Source: a virus (taxonomy: Duplodnaviria; Caudoviricetes). Taken from it: a stretch of DNA of 64,000 nt. Positions 9,658 to 20,111 of the stretch are shown in pieces. Location of the stretch: the IMG/VR virus record IMGVR_UViG_3300021963_000022. One strand, written 5' to 3'. Below the pieces are notes generated by a model, which was not told where the DNA came from, did not search any database, and saw only the letters and a list, made by a program, of their open reading frames with translations. Position 1 is the first letter of the stretch. The number at the start of each line of letters is the position of its first letter. Position numbers and translations under genes: made by a program.

Positions 9658-10912
9658 ATATAGATTATACTACGATGAATATGGGTATCCTATAACTTAT
9701 GTATGTGTAGTTGATTCTATAGAGCCAACTAACATCAATGGAAAATATATAGTTGTAGACCATTTTGACTTCCTATGCAAGAATCATAGTATAAAAGTTA
9801 TTAACGGAAAAATAGTTAGTTTAGAAGAAGCTACAGCACCGCGCAAATTCATTAAGCACAGATCAGGTATAAAATGTGCAAAACAGGACATATCTATTGT
9901 AGTAGATGATGATTACAACAACATAATAAGATGGGGAATAAATGATATGACAGATAACGTAATAGACGCAGATGATATAATTGATATAGCAGACTTAGAT
10001 TGTGTCTATCTCAGCTATGACGAACCACAAAAAGAAGAATTCTGGTTAAAGATTAAAAACATGGTGCCTTGGGCTAAACGTGTTGATGGCATTAAAGGCA
10101 GTGACGCCGCACACAAAGCCGCAGGTGAAGCAAGTGACACCGAACGTTTTATCTTAATTGATGGTGATAACATGCCGAATGAATCTTTCTTCAATATGCA
10201 ATTAGACTTTTCAGACAAAGATCCAATCTATAAACAAGCACAGTTCAGATGGAGAGCAATCAATAGTATTAACGGCTTGCGATACGGCAATGGTGGAATG
10301 AGTTCATGGACAAAAACATATGTACGTGAAATGCAAACACACGAACACAGCGACGGCAATGATACAACTACAGTTGATTTCTGTTTGGATTCTTCTGATA
10401 ACTTATACTGGGCAATGTACGATTGCTATAGTACAACTTATCCAAATTACTCACCATTTCAAGCATGGAGAGCAGGCTTTCGTGAAGGTGTTAAGATGTG
10501 TTTAGCTGGTGGCAAGAGACCTAGTGTAGACGAGTTCAAACAAAGTGTAGCTAGTAGAAACTTCAATAATTTAACCATATGGCATAACATTGGTCGTGAC
10601 GTAGAGAACGGTGAATGGGCTATATACGGAGCACGATTAGGTACATACATGACTATGCTTACAGAATGGGATCCAAAGAATGTTCAATGGTTTGATAATT
10701 ATACTGTACTATGGGAAGAACATATAAATAGAGATCCAGACCGTGAGTCAGCATTGCTCGGAGCCGCATTACACGATAAGCTAAGCCTGCCGATGCTTCA
10801 TTTTGATGGGTCACAGAGTAAATTTTTTAAACGTCATTATAACGCAGACAAACACAATCTAGGTCCTCTAGTTCGTGAGATGGATGTAATTCGTAGAATA
10901 GAAGGATGGTAA
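9647..10912 (+). CDS. FRLYYD-family domain fused in frame to a glycosyltransferase-like domain
   Basis: aa 1-100 match ORF 6423. From Met at 9947: DCVYLSYDEP...FILIDGDN (DxD)...WRAGFREG. Confidence 0.6.
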   Translation: MSDEYRLYYDEYGYPITYVCVVDSIEPTNINGKYIVVDHFDFLCKNHSIKVINGKIVSLEEATAPRKFIKHRSGIKCAKQDISIVVDDDYNNIIRWGINDMTDNVIDADDIIDIADLDCVYLSYDEPQKEEFWLKIKNMVPWAKRVDGIKGSDAAHKAAGEASDTERFILIDGDNMPNESFFNMQLDFSDKDPIYKQAQFRWRAINSINGLRYGNGGMSSWTKTYVREMQTHEHSDGNDTTTVDFCLDSSDNLYWAMYDCYSTTYPNYSPFQAWRAGFREGVKMCLAGGKRPSVDEFKQSVASRNFNNLTIWHNIGRDVENGEWAIYGARLGTYMTMLTEWDPKNVQWFDNYTVLWEEHINRDPDRESALLGAALHDKLSLPMLHFDGSQSKFFKRHYNADKHNLGPLVREMDVIRRIEGW

Positions 10913-12291
10913 TGTCAGATAATCATATAGACAAAGTTCATAAAGAGATTAACGAAATTAGTCCTAGTTTCTGTGTAGCTAAGTGGAAGCAAGTAACAAT
11001 GCATCTGCAAAATGGTCACACACATAGCTGTCATCACCCGTCATCACATCATGTGCCTGTAAGTGAAATTAAAATTAACTCTACAGCATTACACAATAGT
11101 GAATATAAAAAGCAACAACGAAAGTTAATGCTTGAAGGTGTTCGCCCGCGGGAATGTGATTACTGTTGGAATGTAGAAGACACTAATCAACATTATAGTG
11201 ATAGAACTTTTAAGAGTGCGGATCAATCATGGGCATATCCTTATATTGATGAGATTGTTAACAAGCCTTGGAACGCTAACATTGATCCTAGCTACGTAGA
11301 AGTAAGCTTTGGTAACGTATGTAACTTCAAATGCAGTTACTGTGCTCCTCAGATAAGCAGTCAGTGGATGGAAGAAGTTGAAAGATACGGTGCATACCCG
11401 ACAAGCAATCAATTCAACAATTTAGAATGGTTAAAAGCTACTGATGCAATGCCTATTCCAAATAACAAAGAGAATCCTTATGTTGATGCTTTTTGGAATT
11501 GGTTTCCTGATATGTACAAGAGTCTTAAGTACTTTAGAATCACAGGTGGTGAGCCATTACTAAACAAAAACACATTCAAAGTATTAGATTACATTATTGA
11601 AAATCCTAACACAGATTTGGAAGTTGCAATCAATACTAATATGAATGCACCAGACGAGTTGATGGATAAGTTTATTGAAAAAGTAAAAATCATTATCAAT
11701 GAGAAGAAACTAAAACGATTTAAATTGTTTACTTCTGCTGAAGCACACGGTAAAGCAAGCGAGTATATTCGTTATGGTATGAATTACAATGACTGGATTG
11801 CTAACATGCACAAGATGTATCAAGCTATCCCGGGCATTCAGTTTACTATAATGAGTACATATAACTTGTTAAGCGTCACTACATATACTGACTTCTTAAA
11901 AGATATACTATCATTCAAACAACAGTATGGTACTACAACACACTATCCAATGCTATTAGATATACCTTATCTACGCTATCCTTTGCACCAAAGTGTGTTT
12001 ATCATGGAACAAGAACAATTGGACCTAATGCAAAGTCAAATAGATTTTATGGATAGTAATGTAGTTGCTAACAATATGTCACATCAAGCATTTTATCCAG
12101 AAGAAGTTGAACGTCTTAAACGTATTCAAACATTGATTAAATCTCATATTGATGATCCTAAGCCGTGGTTTGATACCAGTCGTAAAGACTTCATCATATT
12201 TGTTAATGAACATGACCGTAGAAGAAAAACAAACTTTTTAAAGACATTCCCTAAACTTACTAACATGTACAACAGGTGGTCTAAACTATGA
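10912..12291 (+). CDS. Radical SAM protein
   Basis: CNFKCSYC (CxxxCxxC) and ITGGEPLL motifs. TAATG overlap with the upstream gene. Confidence 0.9.
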   Translation: MSDNHIDKVHKEINEISPSFCVAKWKQVTMHLQNGHTHSCHHPSSHHVPVSEIKINSTALHNSEYKKQQRKLMLEGVRPRECDYCWNVEDTNQHYSDRTFKSADQSWAYPYIDEIVNKPWNANIDPSYVEVSFGNVCNFKCSYCAPQISSQWMEEVERYGAYPTSNQFNNLEWLKATDAMPIPNNKENPYVDAFWNWFPDMYKSLKYFRITGGEPLLNKNTFKVLDYIIENPNTDLEVAINTNMNAPDELMDKFIEKVKIIINEKKLKRFKLFTSAEAHGKASEYIRYGMNYNDWIANMHKMYQAIPGIQFTIMSTYNLLSVTTYTDFLKDILSFKQQYGTTTHYPMLLDIPYLRYPLHQSVFIMEQEQLDLMQSQIDFMDSNVVANNMSHQAFYPEEVERLKRIQTLIKSHIDDPKPWFDTSRKDFIIFVNEHDRRRKTNFLKTFPKLTNMYNRWSKL

Positions 12292-13103
12292 AGATAGCAG
12301 TATTGATAAGTGGGGAGTATAGAACATTTGGACATTGTAGAAGAACAATGGATTTTCTGTATGATCCACGTGTTGATATATACGTAAGTACATGGGATAG
12401 CTCATCTTACGTTAGCCCTAAAATTAATCTAGACCATACAGAATTGGTTAATTATGACCGTGTTGTTAATGATTTACACAAAGATGCTACAGTACTAATT
12501 GAACCACAAAGTTTAATTAAGGAAGTAAAATATAGCACTAAGATGATGCATCGTTGGATATCAGGGTTTAATCTTATAAAAGAAAGCAATAATCACTATG
12601 ACTATGTGATTGTAATGCGACCTGATTTGTTCTTTAATTACAGTTGCCCAATCGACTTAAACAGTATAGAACAATATGAAAACTCATTAGGAGTAGCATG
12701 GGCTACTGACGAATACATTACTAATAGAAAACTACAAGATGTTTTGTTTCTTTCAACCTATAGCAATATGAATAAGTTGTTTAGTACATTAGACATTAAC
12801 AAATGGATTATCGGTGGTGAGGGTGATTGGCATACGTGGTGGTTTAATCATTGCAATAATACATTACCAATTGCGTATGCTAAAAATTTTAGTAATTGCA
12901 CTTTCTATCGCTATCTAACTGATAACAATAACCCTACTTTTGATGATGTAATGAATGCACAACATAATTGGCGTGATTTACAGTTACTCAATCAGATAGA
13001 TATTATGGGAAGAGATGCACTCAAAACTGCATGGCCGGAGAATGTGATTCAAAATGCAGAAGATAAGTGGAACAACGGGTATTTTAATAAGTTTATCAAA
13101 TGA
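12288..13103 (+). CDS. Glycosyltransferase-like protein
   Basis: MKIAVLISGEYR...YDYVIVMRPDL. Paralog of the N-half of 13100-14533. Confidence 0.5.
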   Translation: MKIAVLISGEYRTFGHCRRTMDFLYDPRVDIYVSTWDSSSYVSPKINLDHTELVNYDRVVNDLHKDATVLIEPQSLIKEVKYSTKMMHRWISGFNLIKESNNHYDYVIVMRPDLFFNYSCPIDLNSIEQYENSLGVAWATDEYITNRKLQDVLFLSTYSNMNKLFSTLDINKWIIGGEGDWHTWWFNHCNNTLPIAYAKNFSNCTFYRYLTDNNNPTFDDVMNAQHNWRDLQLLNQIDIMGRDALKTAWPENVIQNAEDKWNNGYFNKFIK

Positions 13104-14533
13104 ACATAGCAGTGTTAATTTCTGGTGAGTACAGAGAATTTGAAATAGCGCATCCAAGTTGGGAATTCGATAAATGCGGCAAAGTGGATTACTATTTTTC
13201 AACATGGGCAGAGACCTCTGAGGTTAACGATAACTTAAACATCAATATACATGAGACTGTAACAATCGATAGGATACAAAAATATTTACCGATCACTGAC
13301 TACGTTATCTCTCAGCCACTGTATTACTTATATAACCAGCAAAAAATGATTAATCGTTGGCATGAAGGTTTAAAACTAATACATAAAAGTAACAAAACAT
13401 ACGATGTAATCATTCTTATACGACCTGACTTATATATTGAATATAGTGATTTGTTACAAGACTTCATATCCAAAATGAACTCTAATACCATGTATTGTTA
13501 CGGTGACTTTCACCGTAATGGAATTGGTAACGTCATGGATCAAATATTCATCGGAGATAGCAATACGATTCTAAAGTTGTTAGACATAGATTATACAACC
13601 CCTAAGTTAATTGAGACAACTAACATACATGAATTTTTAGCAGAACATTTTAATCGATTGTTTAACTCTATCCAATTAATACCGTTTAATAAGTTCTACA
13701 TAGCTAGAAGTAATAGTAGAGGTTTAGCTTCATACTCATATGAAATTATAAAAACAAACTCCGAAATATGGTATCAGCAAAAACATCTACGAGAAACTGT
13801 TGTAACTAAATTTAAAGGGTTTTCTAAATCACACGTGATGTTGATAGAAAATTCATTCAGCAAACGCTTTGTTAGAAAACGCAAAAACGTTCAACGTAAC
13901 CATGACAAGATGAAAGAGTTGGCATCACATGGCTTCAACGTACCTAAAATTATAAACATGCGTAACGATACGCTAGATATGGAATACATATCGGGTATTG
14001 ATATGAAAACGTTTATATTACGGCACGATGTAAAGCTGTTAGCAAACTCTATCATAGAAACAGTTGATAGGTTTAAGTACACCAGTAAGTCTAAAAACTA
14101 TGCAAACACATATCAAGAACAGTTAGCATTGATTGATTGTAGTGAGTTGCCATTTACATCCGATGAATTATATATTAGATTACCAAAAGACTTACCACAA
14201 AGTCTATGTCATGGTGATTTCACATTAGAGAATCTACTATACAGTAATGGTAAGTTTTATATGATAGATACTGTAACCGGCCCATATGATAGTTGGGTAT
14301 TTGATATTGCTAAGATGAGACAAGACATAGATGGTCACTGGTTTCTTAGAGACGGTAAGACTGAACTTACGGTTCAATTAAAGATTTTACACGATATATT
14401 AGAATCAGCTTTTGCTATTGCATTTGACAATAATTTATACATATTGATGCTACTCAGAGTGTACAGACATTGTAAAGTAGGTACAACAGAGCATAGATTG
14501 ATATTAGAGGAGATAAAGAGATTATGGAAGTAA
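13100..14533 (+). CDS. Fusion of a glycosyltransferase-like N-half and an APH/choline-kinase-like phosphotransferase C-half
   Basis: N-half MNIAVLISGEYR...IILIRPDL. C-half CHGDFTLENLL and MIDT (kinase catalytic and metal-binding motifs). Confidence 0.75.
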   Translation: MNIAVLISGEYREFEIAHPSWEFDKCGKVDYYFSTWAETSEVNDNLNINIHETVTIDRIQKYLPITDYVISQPLYYLYNQQKMINRWHEGLKLIHKSNKTYDVIILIRPDLYIEYSDLLQDFISKMNSNTMYCYGDFHRNGIGNVMDQIFIGDSNTILKLLDIDYTTPKLIETTNIHEFLAEHFNRLFNSIQLIPFNKFYIARSNSRGLASYSYEIIKTNSEIWYQQKHLRETVVTKFKGFSKSHVMLIENSFSKRFVRKRKNVQRNHDKMKELASHGFNVPKIINMRNDTLDMEYISGIDMKTFILRHDVKLLANSIIETVDRFKYTSKSKNYANTYQEQLALIDCSELPFTSDELYIRLPKDLPQSLCHGDFTLENLLYSNGKFYMIDTVTGPYDSWVFDIAKMRQDIDGHWFLRDGKTELTVQLKILHDILESAFAIAFDNNLYILMLLRVYRHCKVGTTEHRLILEEIKRLWK

Positions 14534-15201
14534 TTGTACCTGCCGCCGGATTATCTACCCGTTTTCCGGGTACTGTACCAAAATACTTGCTTACTGATAA
14601 CAATGGTAAGATAATGTTACACAATGCTATAGAACCTTATATAGGTAAATATAATGTTACTGTTGGTATACTTAAACAACATGATGAGTTGTACAACAGC
14701 GGAGATATTATCAGAGAGCTAGGTGTTAACGTTGTAGTGTTACCTGAAGTAACTAGGGGTCCAGCTGATACTGTATATCAGATTATAAATCTAGCACAAA
14801 TACATATTGACCATTCTTTTTTCATTAAAGATTGTGATAGTTACTTTGACCATGAAGTTTCAGATGGTAATTATATTTGCATATCTACGGTAAGTGAGCA
14901 TGATGTTCTATATAAGATAGCAAACAAGAGTTTTGTTATAGCAAATGAACATGGTATAGTTCAAAGTATAGTAGAAAAGTCTATTGTTAGTAATGAGTTT
15001 TGTGTGGGCGGATATAAGTTTAATAGAATTTATGATTTTGTATCAGCGTATGAAAAGTTGATACATAGTATGACAAATGAATTCTTTGTCAGTCATATCA
15101 TTCAGTATAATATTAGTAATGGTAAAACATTCTTAACTAAGAAAGTTACTGAGTATGTTGATGTAGGAACTATTAAAGAATGGCAAGAACAAAATGTTTA
15201 A
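14524..15201 (+). CDS. Sugar-phosphate nucleotidyltransferase (NTP transferase family)
   Basis: IVPAAGLSTRFPG..PKYLL N-terminal motif, DVGT near the C-terminus. Confidence 0.8.
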   Translation: MEVIVPAAGLSTRFPGTVPKYLLTDNNGKIMLHNAIEPYIGKYNVTVGILKQHDELYNSGDIIRELGVNVVVLPEVTRGPADTVYQIINLAQIHIDHSFFIKDCDSYFDHEVSDGNYICISTVSEHDVLYKIANKSFVIANEHGIVQSIVEKSIVSNEFCVGGYKFNRIYDFVSAYEKLIHSMTNEFFVSHIIQYNISNGKTFLTKKVTEYVDVGTIKEWQEQNV

Positions 15202-15295
15202 TCTTATTAAGAATATATACTTAAAGATGGTACGAGAGTACAAATATCGCAAAAGGTTAAAGGCAATGAAGAAACGTGATCCCTTTATTTATTAA
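15194..15295 (+). CDS. Small basic protein, 33 aa (MFNLIK...KKRDPFIY)
   Basis: Read by hand. Fills the gap between two coupled genes and ends 3 nt before the carbamoyltransferase ATG. Confidence 0.55.
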   Translation: MFNLIKNIYLKMVREYKYRKRLKAMKKRDPFIY

Positions 15296-15298
15296 ACC

Positions 15299-16795
15299 AT
15301 GAACTACATAGGAATATCAGCAGGGTTTCACGATGCCGCATTGAGTATTGTAGATAATAGTGGTAATATTCTATTTGCTGGACATAGTGAACGTTACAAT
15401 AAACACAAGCACACTAAACACTTAGGCATTGACATTATAGAAGATGCCAAACCATACCTAACATCTAGTGATATCGAGGTTCATTATTACGAAAGGCCGC
15501 TAATTAAATATTTACGGCAATTGCGTAGCGGAGAAAAAACTATGATATCTAGTTTATCTGCAAGAGAGATCATAGGTACAGGCTTACTTCACCGTTTAGA
15601 AGATGGACGCAAGAGTAAGATTCATACACATAATCATCATTTAAGTCATGCGGCAGCAGGGTTCCAAACTAGTCCATACACTGATGCCACAGTGGTTGTT
15701 ATTGATGCTATTGGTGAATTTGATACTATTACTATTTGGAATGCTTACTATGATAAGAACGGTGTAGCGCAATATAAGAAACTATGGGGACAACAGTACC
15801 CAGATAGTATAGGGTTATTTTACTCCGCAATGACTAAGAGAGCAGGATTAAGCCCGATGGATGAAGAGTACATTTTAATGGGTATGTCTGCTTACGGAAA
15901 CATTCTTCCGTTGAAAGAAATGTCTACATCATTAATTAAGTCATACAAAAATATAGTGTTCAATGATAACTTACATATAGGTGTGCCTGATGATTTTATA
16001 AAGGATGCTAATGTAATGGATATCGCATATAGTACACAACTAATAGCAGAACAGTTGATTACTTCAGTGATTAGTAAAGCAAGAATGCTAAGTAGTAGTA
16101 AGAATTTAGTATATGGCGGAGGAGTAGCATTAAATTGTTTAGCAAATCGATTATTAGGGGATTATTATGATAACATTTGGATTATGCCTAATCCTGGCGA
16201 TGCTGGTTCTAGTCTTGGTGCATGTGCGCTCGGTTACGGTAAACAGCTTAATTGGACTAGTGCTTATTTGGGTCATACTATACCTGGTGATTACCCTGTT
16301 AATCGTCTACTTGATAATCTTATTACCACTGGCATTGTTGGTGTGGCTAGTGGTCGTGCTGAGTTTGGACCTAGAGCCCTTGGACATAGAAGCTTACTTG
16401 CAGACCCAAGAGGAAAAGAAATAAAGGATAAAGTAAATGAAATTAAACATAGACAAAAATTTAGACCCTTTGCGCCAGTTATTTTGGAGGAGTATACTGA
16501 TATGTATTTTGATATCCCTTGTGGCTGGAGTAACAGTAGGTATATGCAAGTCATCAGTCGTTGTCGGGTTCCTGACTTATTTCCTGCTATTATTCATTAT
16601 GACAACACTAGTAGGGTACAGACTGTTCCAAAGGATGGCTCCGGAATACGAGAACTACTAGAAAAATGGTATGTTATGACCGGTTGCCCTATGCTACTTA
16701 ACACTAGCTTGAATGTACGAGGTGAACCAATGGTCAATGACAGAGCGGATGCAGATCGATTTGAAAAACTATATGGTATAAAAGTACTATCATAA
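15299..16795 (+). CDS. Carbamoyltransferase (NodU/CmcH/TobZ family)
   Basis: GFHDAA, HHLSHAA, DAIGE, GGVALNC, EFGPRALGHRSLLADPR and LLNTSLN motifs. Confidence 0.93.
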   Translation: MNYIGISAGFHDAALSIVDNSGNILFAGHSERYNKHKHTKHLGIDIIEDAKPYLTSSDIEVHYYERPLIKYLRQLRSGEKTMISSLSAREIIGTGLLHRLEDGRKSKIHTHNHHLSHAAAGFQTSPYTDATVVVIDAIGEFDTITIWNAYYDKNGVAQYKKLWGQQYPDSIGLFYSAMTKRAGLSPMDEEYILMGMSAYGNILPLKEMSTSLIKSYKNIVFNDNLHIGVPDDFIKDANVMDIAYSTQLIAEQLITSVISKARMLSSSKNLVYGGGVALNCLANRLLGDYYDNIWIMPNPGDAGSSLGACALGYGKQLNWTSAYLGHTIPGDYPVNRLLDNLITTGIVGVASGRAEFGPRALGHRSLLADPRGKEIKDKVNEIKHRQKFRPFAPVILEEYTDMYFDIPCGWSNSRYMQVISRCRVPDLFPAIIHYDNTSRVQTVPKDGSGIRELLEKWYVMTGCPMLLNTSLNVRGEPMVNDRADADRFEKLYGIKVLS

Positions 16796-16803
16796 GTATC
16801 TTT

Positions 16804-19500
16804 ATGCTACGAGATGTGTTTTATTACGGGGACAAACCCAATGTACATCCCCGAGAACGTTACGCCAAAGACTTTGATACAGCTAAACAACTAGCTACAA
16901 CTGAACACTTTTGGATTGTTAACGAGTTCTGTGATTACAAAAATATTGATTGGGATTTTGATTTTGAATTCTTACCCGATGAAGATGTATGGGCAACAGA
17001 CCATATCAATATCTGGCCTAGTCAATGGCAGAGTGATAGTGGTACATGGTTATGCTCAGTAAAAGCTGACAATGTAAAAATATATCGCACAGACGTAGAA
17101 CCTGTACATAGAAAAAACGTCATTTCAAGACACTGGGTGAATACTGAAAAGTTTGATACTACTCAGTTTGACTATAGCTGGCATCCTGATCCCGATGAAC
17201 CACCGTTCATATTTCAATTTGGCACTCAATGGGCAAAAACACATGGTCCTAAATACGTATCAGATGGTGCAACTAATATTAAGTATATAACTGAGCCTAA
17301 TGCTAAAATTAAAGCAGATATGACACATTGGGAAAATGCTGTAATTAAAGATTTTGATTATAGCTGGCATCCAGACGCAACTAGTCCACCGTACATATAT
17401 CAGTTTAATACGTTGCTTGATCTAGACCCCGGCCCTAGATATGTTGTACCGGGTCATAATAATAAAGTAGTTAACATTGACCGTGATATAAGCAGTCTTA
17501 ATTTCCCGGTATACTATATTCAATCATCATTAGATGAGTTGATTGAACAGCACCCTGATGAAGTCTTCTGGGCATTGCGTGATAACATTGACTATGATAA
17601 GTTTGATTTTACATGGCGTCCGACTATTGCTAACTTTAAGTATATAAATGTGTTTGGTTCTACTGATAGTGAATCGACACAAAGTTACTTTGTCAATACT
17701 AAAATGATAAAGAAAGGATACAAAGATTTTAACTATATTGAGAACAAACAGTTAGATGATGAGTATCTCGCTAGGTTGTTTAAACCAATTGATATGTTCT
17801 ACATTGATAGAGGAAACCCGCAATCACAAACACAATTTAATGCACTTAAAGAACGTTTCCCTAATATTAAAAAGACACGTTACATAGGATCATGGACTGA
17901 TACTATTGCAAGATGTATTAATCATTGTAGCACAGAACTATTTTGGGTATTGAATAGCGAACTAGATTACAGCGAGTTTGACTTCATATATTATCCTAAT
18001 CCATGGCAAATGCGAATGATACATATATTTGGAACACAATGGACTCATTGGGGTAACACATATGTTATTAATAAAGAACTCTTTTTAGAGAGTACAAAGT
18101 ATGTTAAGGTCATTGAACATTTAAACGGTCTTAACTTTGTAAAAACTAAACGGGCTAAAGCATCAAATGTATTATATGATATTGTTTACATTGACCATGG
18201 CAATACTGATATGTCACACTTAGTAGAGCAGGGTAAGATAGTTGTTAAGTATAGAAATAGTTATATTGACACATTCAAAGACTTGTTACCGTTGCTCCCT
18301 GAAAAGAAAGAACATTATGTTTGGGTAGCTAGTTCTATATGTGATTACAGTTCATTTGATTTCACATACATATGTGATCCTTTTACTAGAGAACAACTAC
18401 ATGTATTCCCTAGTGATAGTCAGAAGTTTGGTGATACGTTCTTAATCAATGTTAATAAACTGCGTGAAGTTATTAATGATGTAGAGTTACTTGAAGATAC
18501 TGAAGTAAATTATAACAAGCAACAGCAAGTATCTAGATTACCTGCACCAACATTCACTAATACAGATTCACATGCAAATAGTATTAATGTTGACTATAAC
18601 TTTCCCTATGCTGTGTTTATGACTGCTGATAACATTGTAGAGTACAAAGATACTGAAACAATCAATCTATGGAGTAATAAAGATAAGAACATATTGATTA
18701 CACACGAAGGCGGGACACGCATCATTGTACCCAAAGAAGCTAGTAAAACAGTTACTAATGAATTGTATGAATATCCATATATAAAAACTATATCAAAGAC
18801 TAATACTAGTAAGCCATTAGATATTGTATTCTTTAGTAACGGTGAAACTGTTGCCGATCAAAACTATGAACATCTGTTGAATGTTACTAAAGGTATGCCC
18901 AACAATGTTAAACGCATTGATAAAGTATCTGGTCGTGTAGCTAGTCAACATGCGGCAGCTAACATATCAGATACTAATTGGTATTTTCTTGTTAATGCTA
19001 AGTTGAAAGTGTCAGATAAATTTGATTGGCAATGGCAACCTGATAGATTACAAGAACCAAAACATTATATATTCAACGCATTGAACCCAGTTAATCAATT
19101 AGAGTACGGTCATATGGCTATTGTTGCTAACAACAAGAAACTTACATTGAATACAGAAGTAAATGGGTTAGACTTTACTTTGGCTAGTAAGCATCAGTCG
19201 CTAAATATTCTGTCAGGTGTTGCTCTGTTCAATACTAGTGAGTTAGAAACATGGCGTACCGCATTCCGTGAGACACTAAAGATTAAAGACAGTGTAGTAA
19301 AGAACAATGACACCGCAAGCAAATATAGATTGCGTAATTGGTTAAACGTTGCAGAGGGCGATTATGCCCAAACATGTATACAAGGTGCTAATGATGCTGT
19401 AAAGTATTATGAATCAGTAGATGGTAACATGGACAAGTTAATGCTCAGTTATGATTGGGCATGGTTGAGTGAATATTATAAACAGCTTTATGGAAAATAA
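16804..19500 (+). CDS. Large multi-repeat glycosyltransferase-like protein
   Basis: 898 aa with repeated FDYSWHPD/FDFTW.P units. C-terminal domain is paralogous to the GT-like part of 9647 (WRTAFRE vs WRAGFRE). Confidence 0.55.
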   Translation: MLRDVFYYGDKPNVHPRERYAKDFDTAKQLATTEHFWIVNEFCDYKNIDWDFDFEFLPDEDVWATDHINIWPSQWQSDSGTWLCSVKADNVKIYRTDVEPVHRKNVISRHWVNTEKFDTTQFDYSWHPDPDEPPFIFQFGTQWAKTHGPKYVSDGATNIKYITEPNAKIKADMTHWENAVIKDFDYSWHPDATSPPYIYQFNTLLDLDPGPRYVVPGHNNKVVNIDRDISSLNFPVYYIQSSLDELIEQHPDEVFWALRDNIDYDKFDFTWRPTIANFKYINVFGSTDSESTQSYFVNTKMIKKGYKDFNYIENKQLDDEYLARLFKPIDMFYIDRGNPQSQTQFNALKERFPNIKKTRYIGSWTDTIARCINHCSTELFWVLNSELDYSEFDFIYYPNPWQMRMIHIFGTQWTHWGNTYVINKELFLESTKYVKVIEHLNGLNFVKTKRAKASNVLYDIVYIDHGNTDMSHLVEQGKIVVKYRNSYIDTFKDLLPLLPEKKEHYVWVASSICDYSSFDFTYICDPFTREQLHVFPSDSQKFGDTFLINVNKLREVINDVELLEDTEVNYNKQQQVSRLPAPTFTNTDSHANSINVDYNFPYAVFMTADNIVEYKDTETINLWSNKDKNILITHEGGTRIIVPKEASKTVTNELYEYPYIKTISKTNTSKPLDIVFFSNGETVADQNYEHLLNVTKGMPNNVKRIDKVSGRVASQHAAANISDTNWYFLVNAKLKVSDKFDWQWQPDRLQEPKHYIFNALNPVNQLEYGHMAIVANNKKLTLNTEVNGLDFTLASKHQSLNILSGVALFNTSELETWRTAFRETLKIKDSVVKNNDTASKYRLRNWLNVAEGDYAQTCIQGANDAVKYYESVDGNMDKLMLSYDWAWLSEYYKQLYGK

Positions 19501-19502
19501 GA

Positions 19503-20111
19503 ATGCCGTATAAAACAGATATATTGGGATGGATGGTTGAGTCCGAGTTAAAAGTCTTAGAGACTATTGCAAAACAAGTTCCTGTCAATGGAAATATTGT
19601 AGAAGTAGGATCAATGTTTGGTAGAAGTGCTGTTTGCTTTGCAATGTCAGCAGATCCCAGTGTTACCATCAATTGTATTGACTATTTTCCTACTGATATG
19701 AGACAACAGCATGGTTGTTCAGATGAGGATTCAATTAAAAACAGTTTCCCTATTGCTGATAAACTGTATAATGTTGAGCAAGACTTTATAGAGAATACCA
19801 AAGAGTTTAAGAATATCAATATGATAAAGGGTGATAGTCCGCATATATTAGTATATACTCCTGATCCTATTGATTTGTTTTTCTTAGATGCAGGGCATGC
19901 CAATCCTAATGATTGGGACAATTTATGTCACTTCATACCCTATATGAAATTGAATGGTATTATTGCAGGACATGATTATCACCCTACACAGTTCCCTGAT
20001 GTATGTGAGAATGTTAGACGATTAGAAGAATTATTTGATATTAAAGCGGAATTATATCCCGGCTCAAGTATTTGGTCTATAAAAGTGACTAAATTAATAA
20101 ATAAAGTATGA
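19503..20111 (+). CDS. Class I SAM-dependent methyltransferase
   Basis: VEVGSMFGRSA (motif I), LFFLDAGH and AGHDY. Confidence 0.85.
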   Translation: MPYKTDILGWMVESELKVLETIAKQVPVNGNIVEVGSMFGRSAVCFAMSADPSVTINCIDYFPTDMRQQHGCSDEDSIKNSFPIADKLYNVEQDFIENTKEFKNINMIKGDSPHILVYTPDPIDLFFLDAGHANPNDWDNLCHFIPYMKLNGIIAGHDYHPTQFPDVCENVRRLEELFDIKAELYPGSSIWSIKVTKLINKV

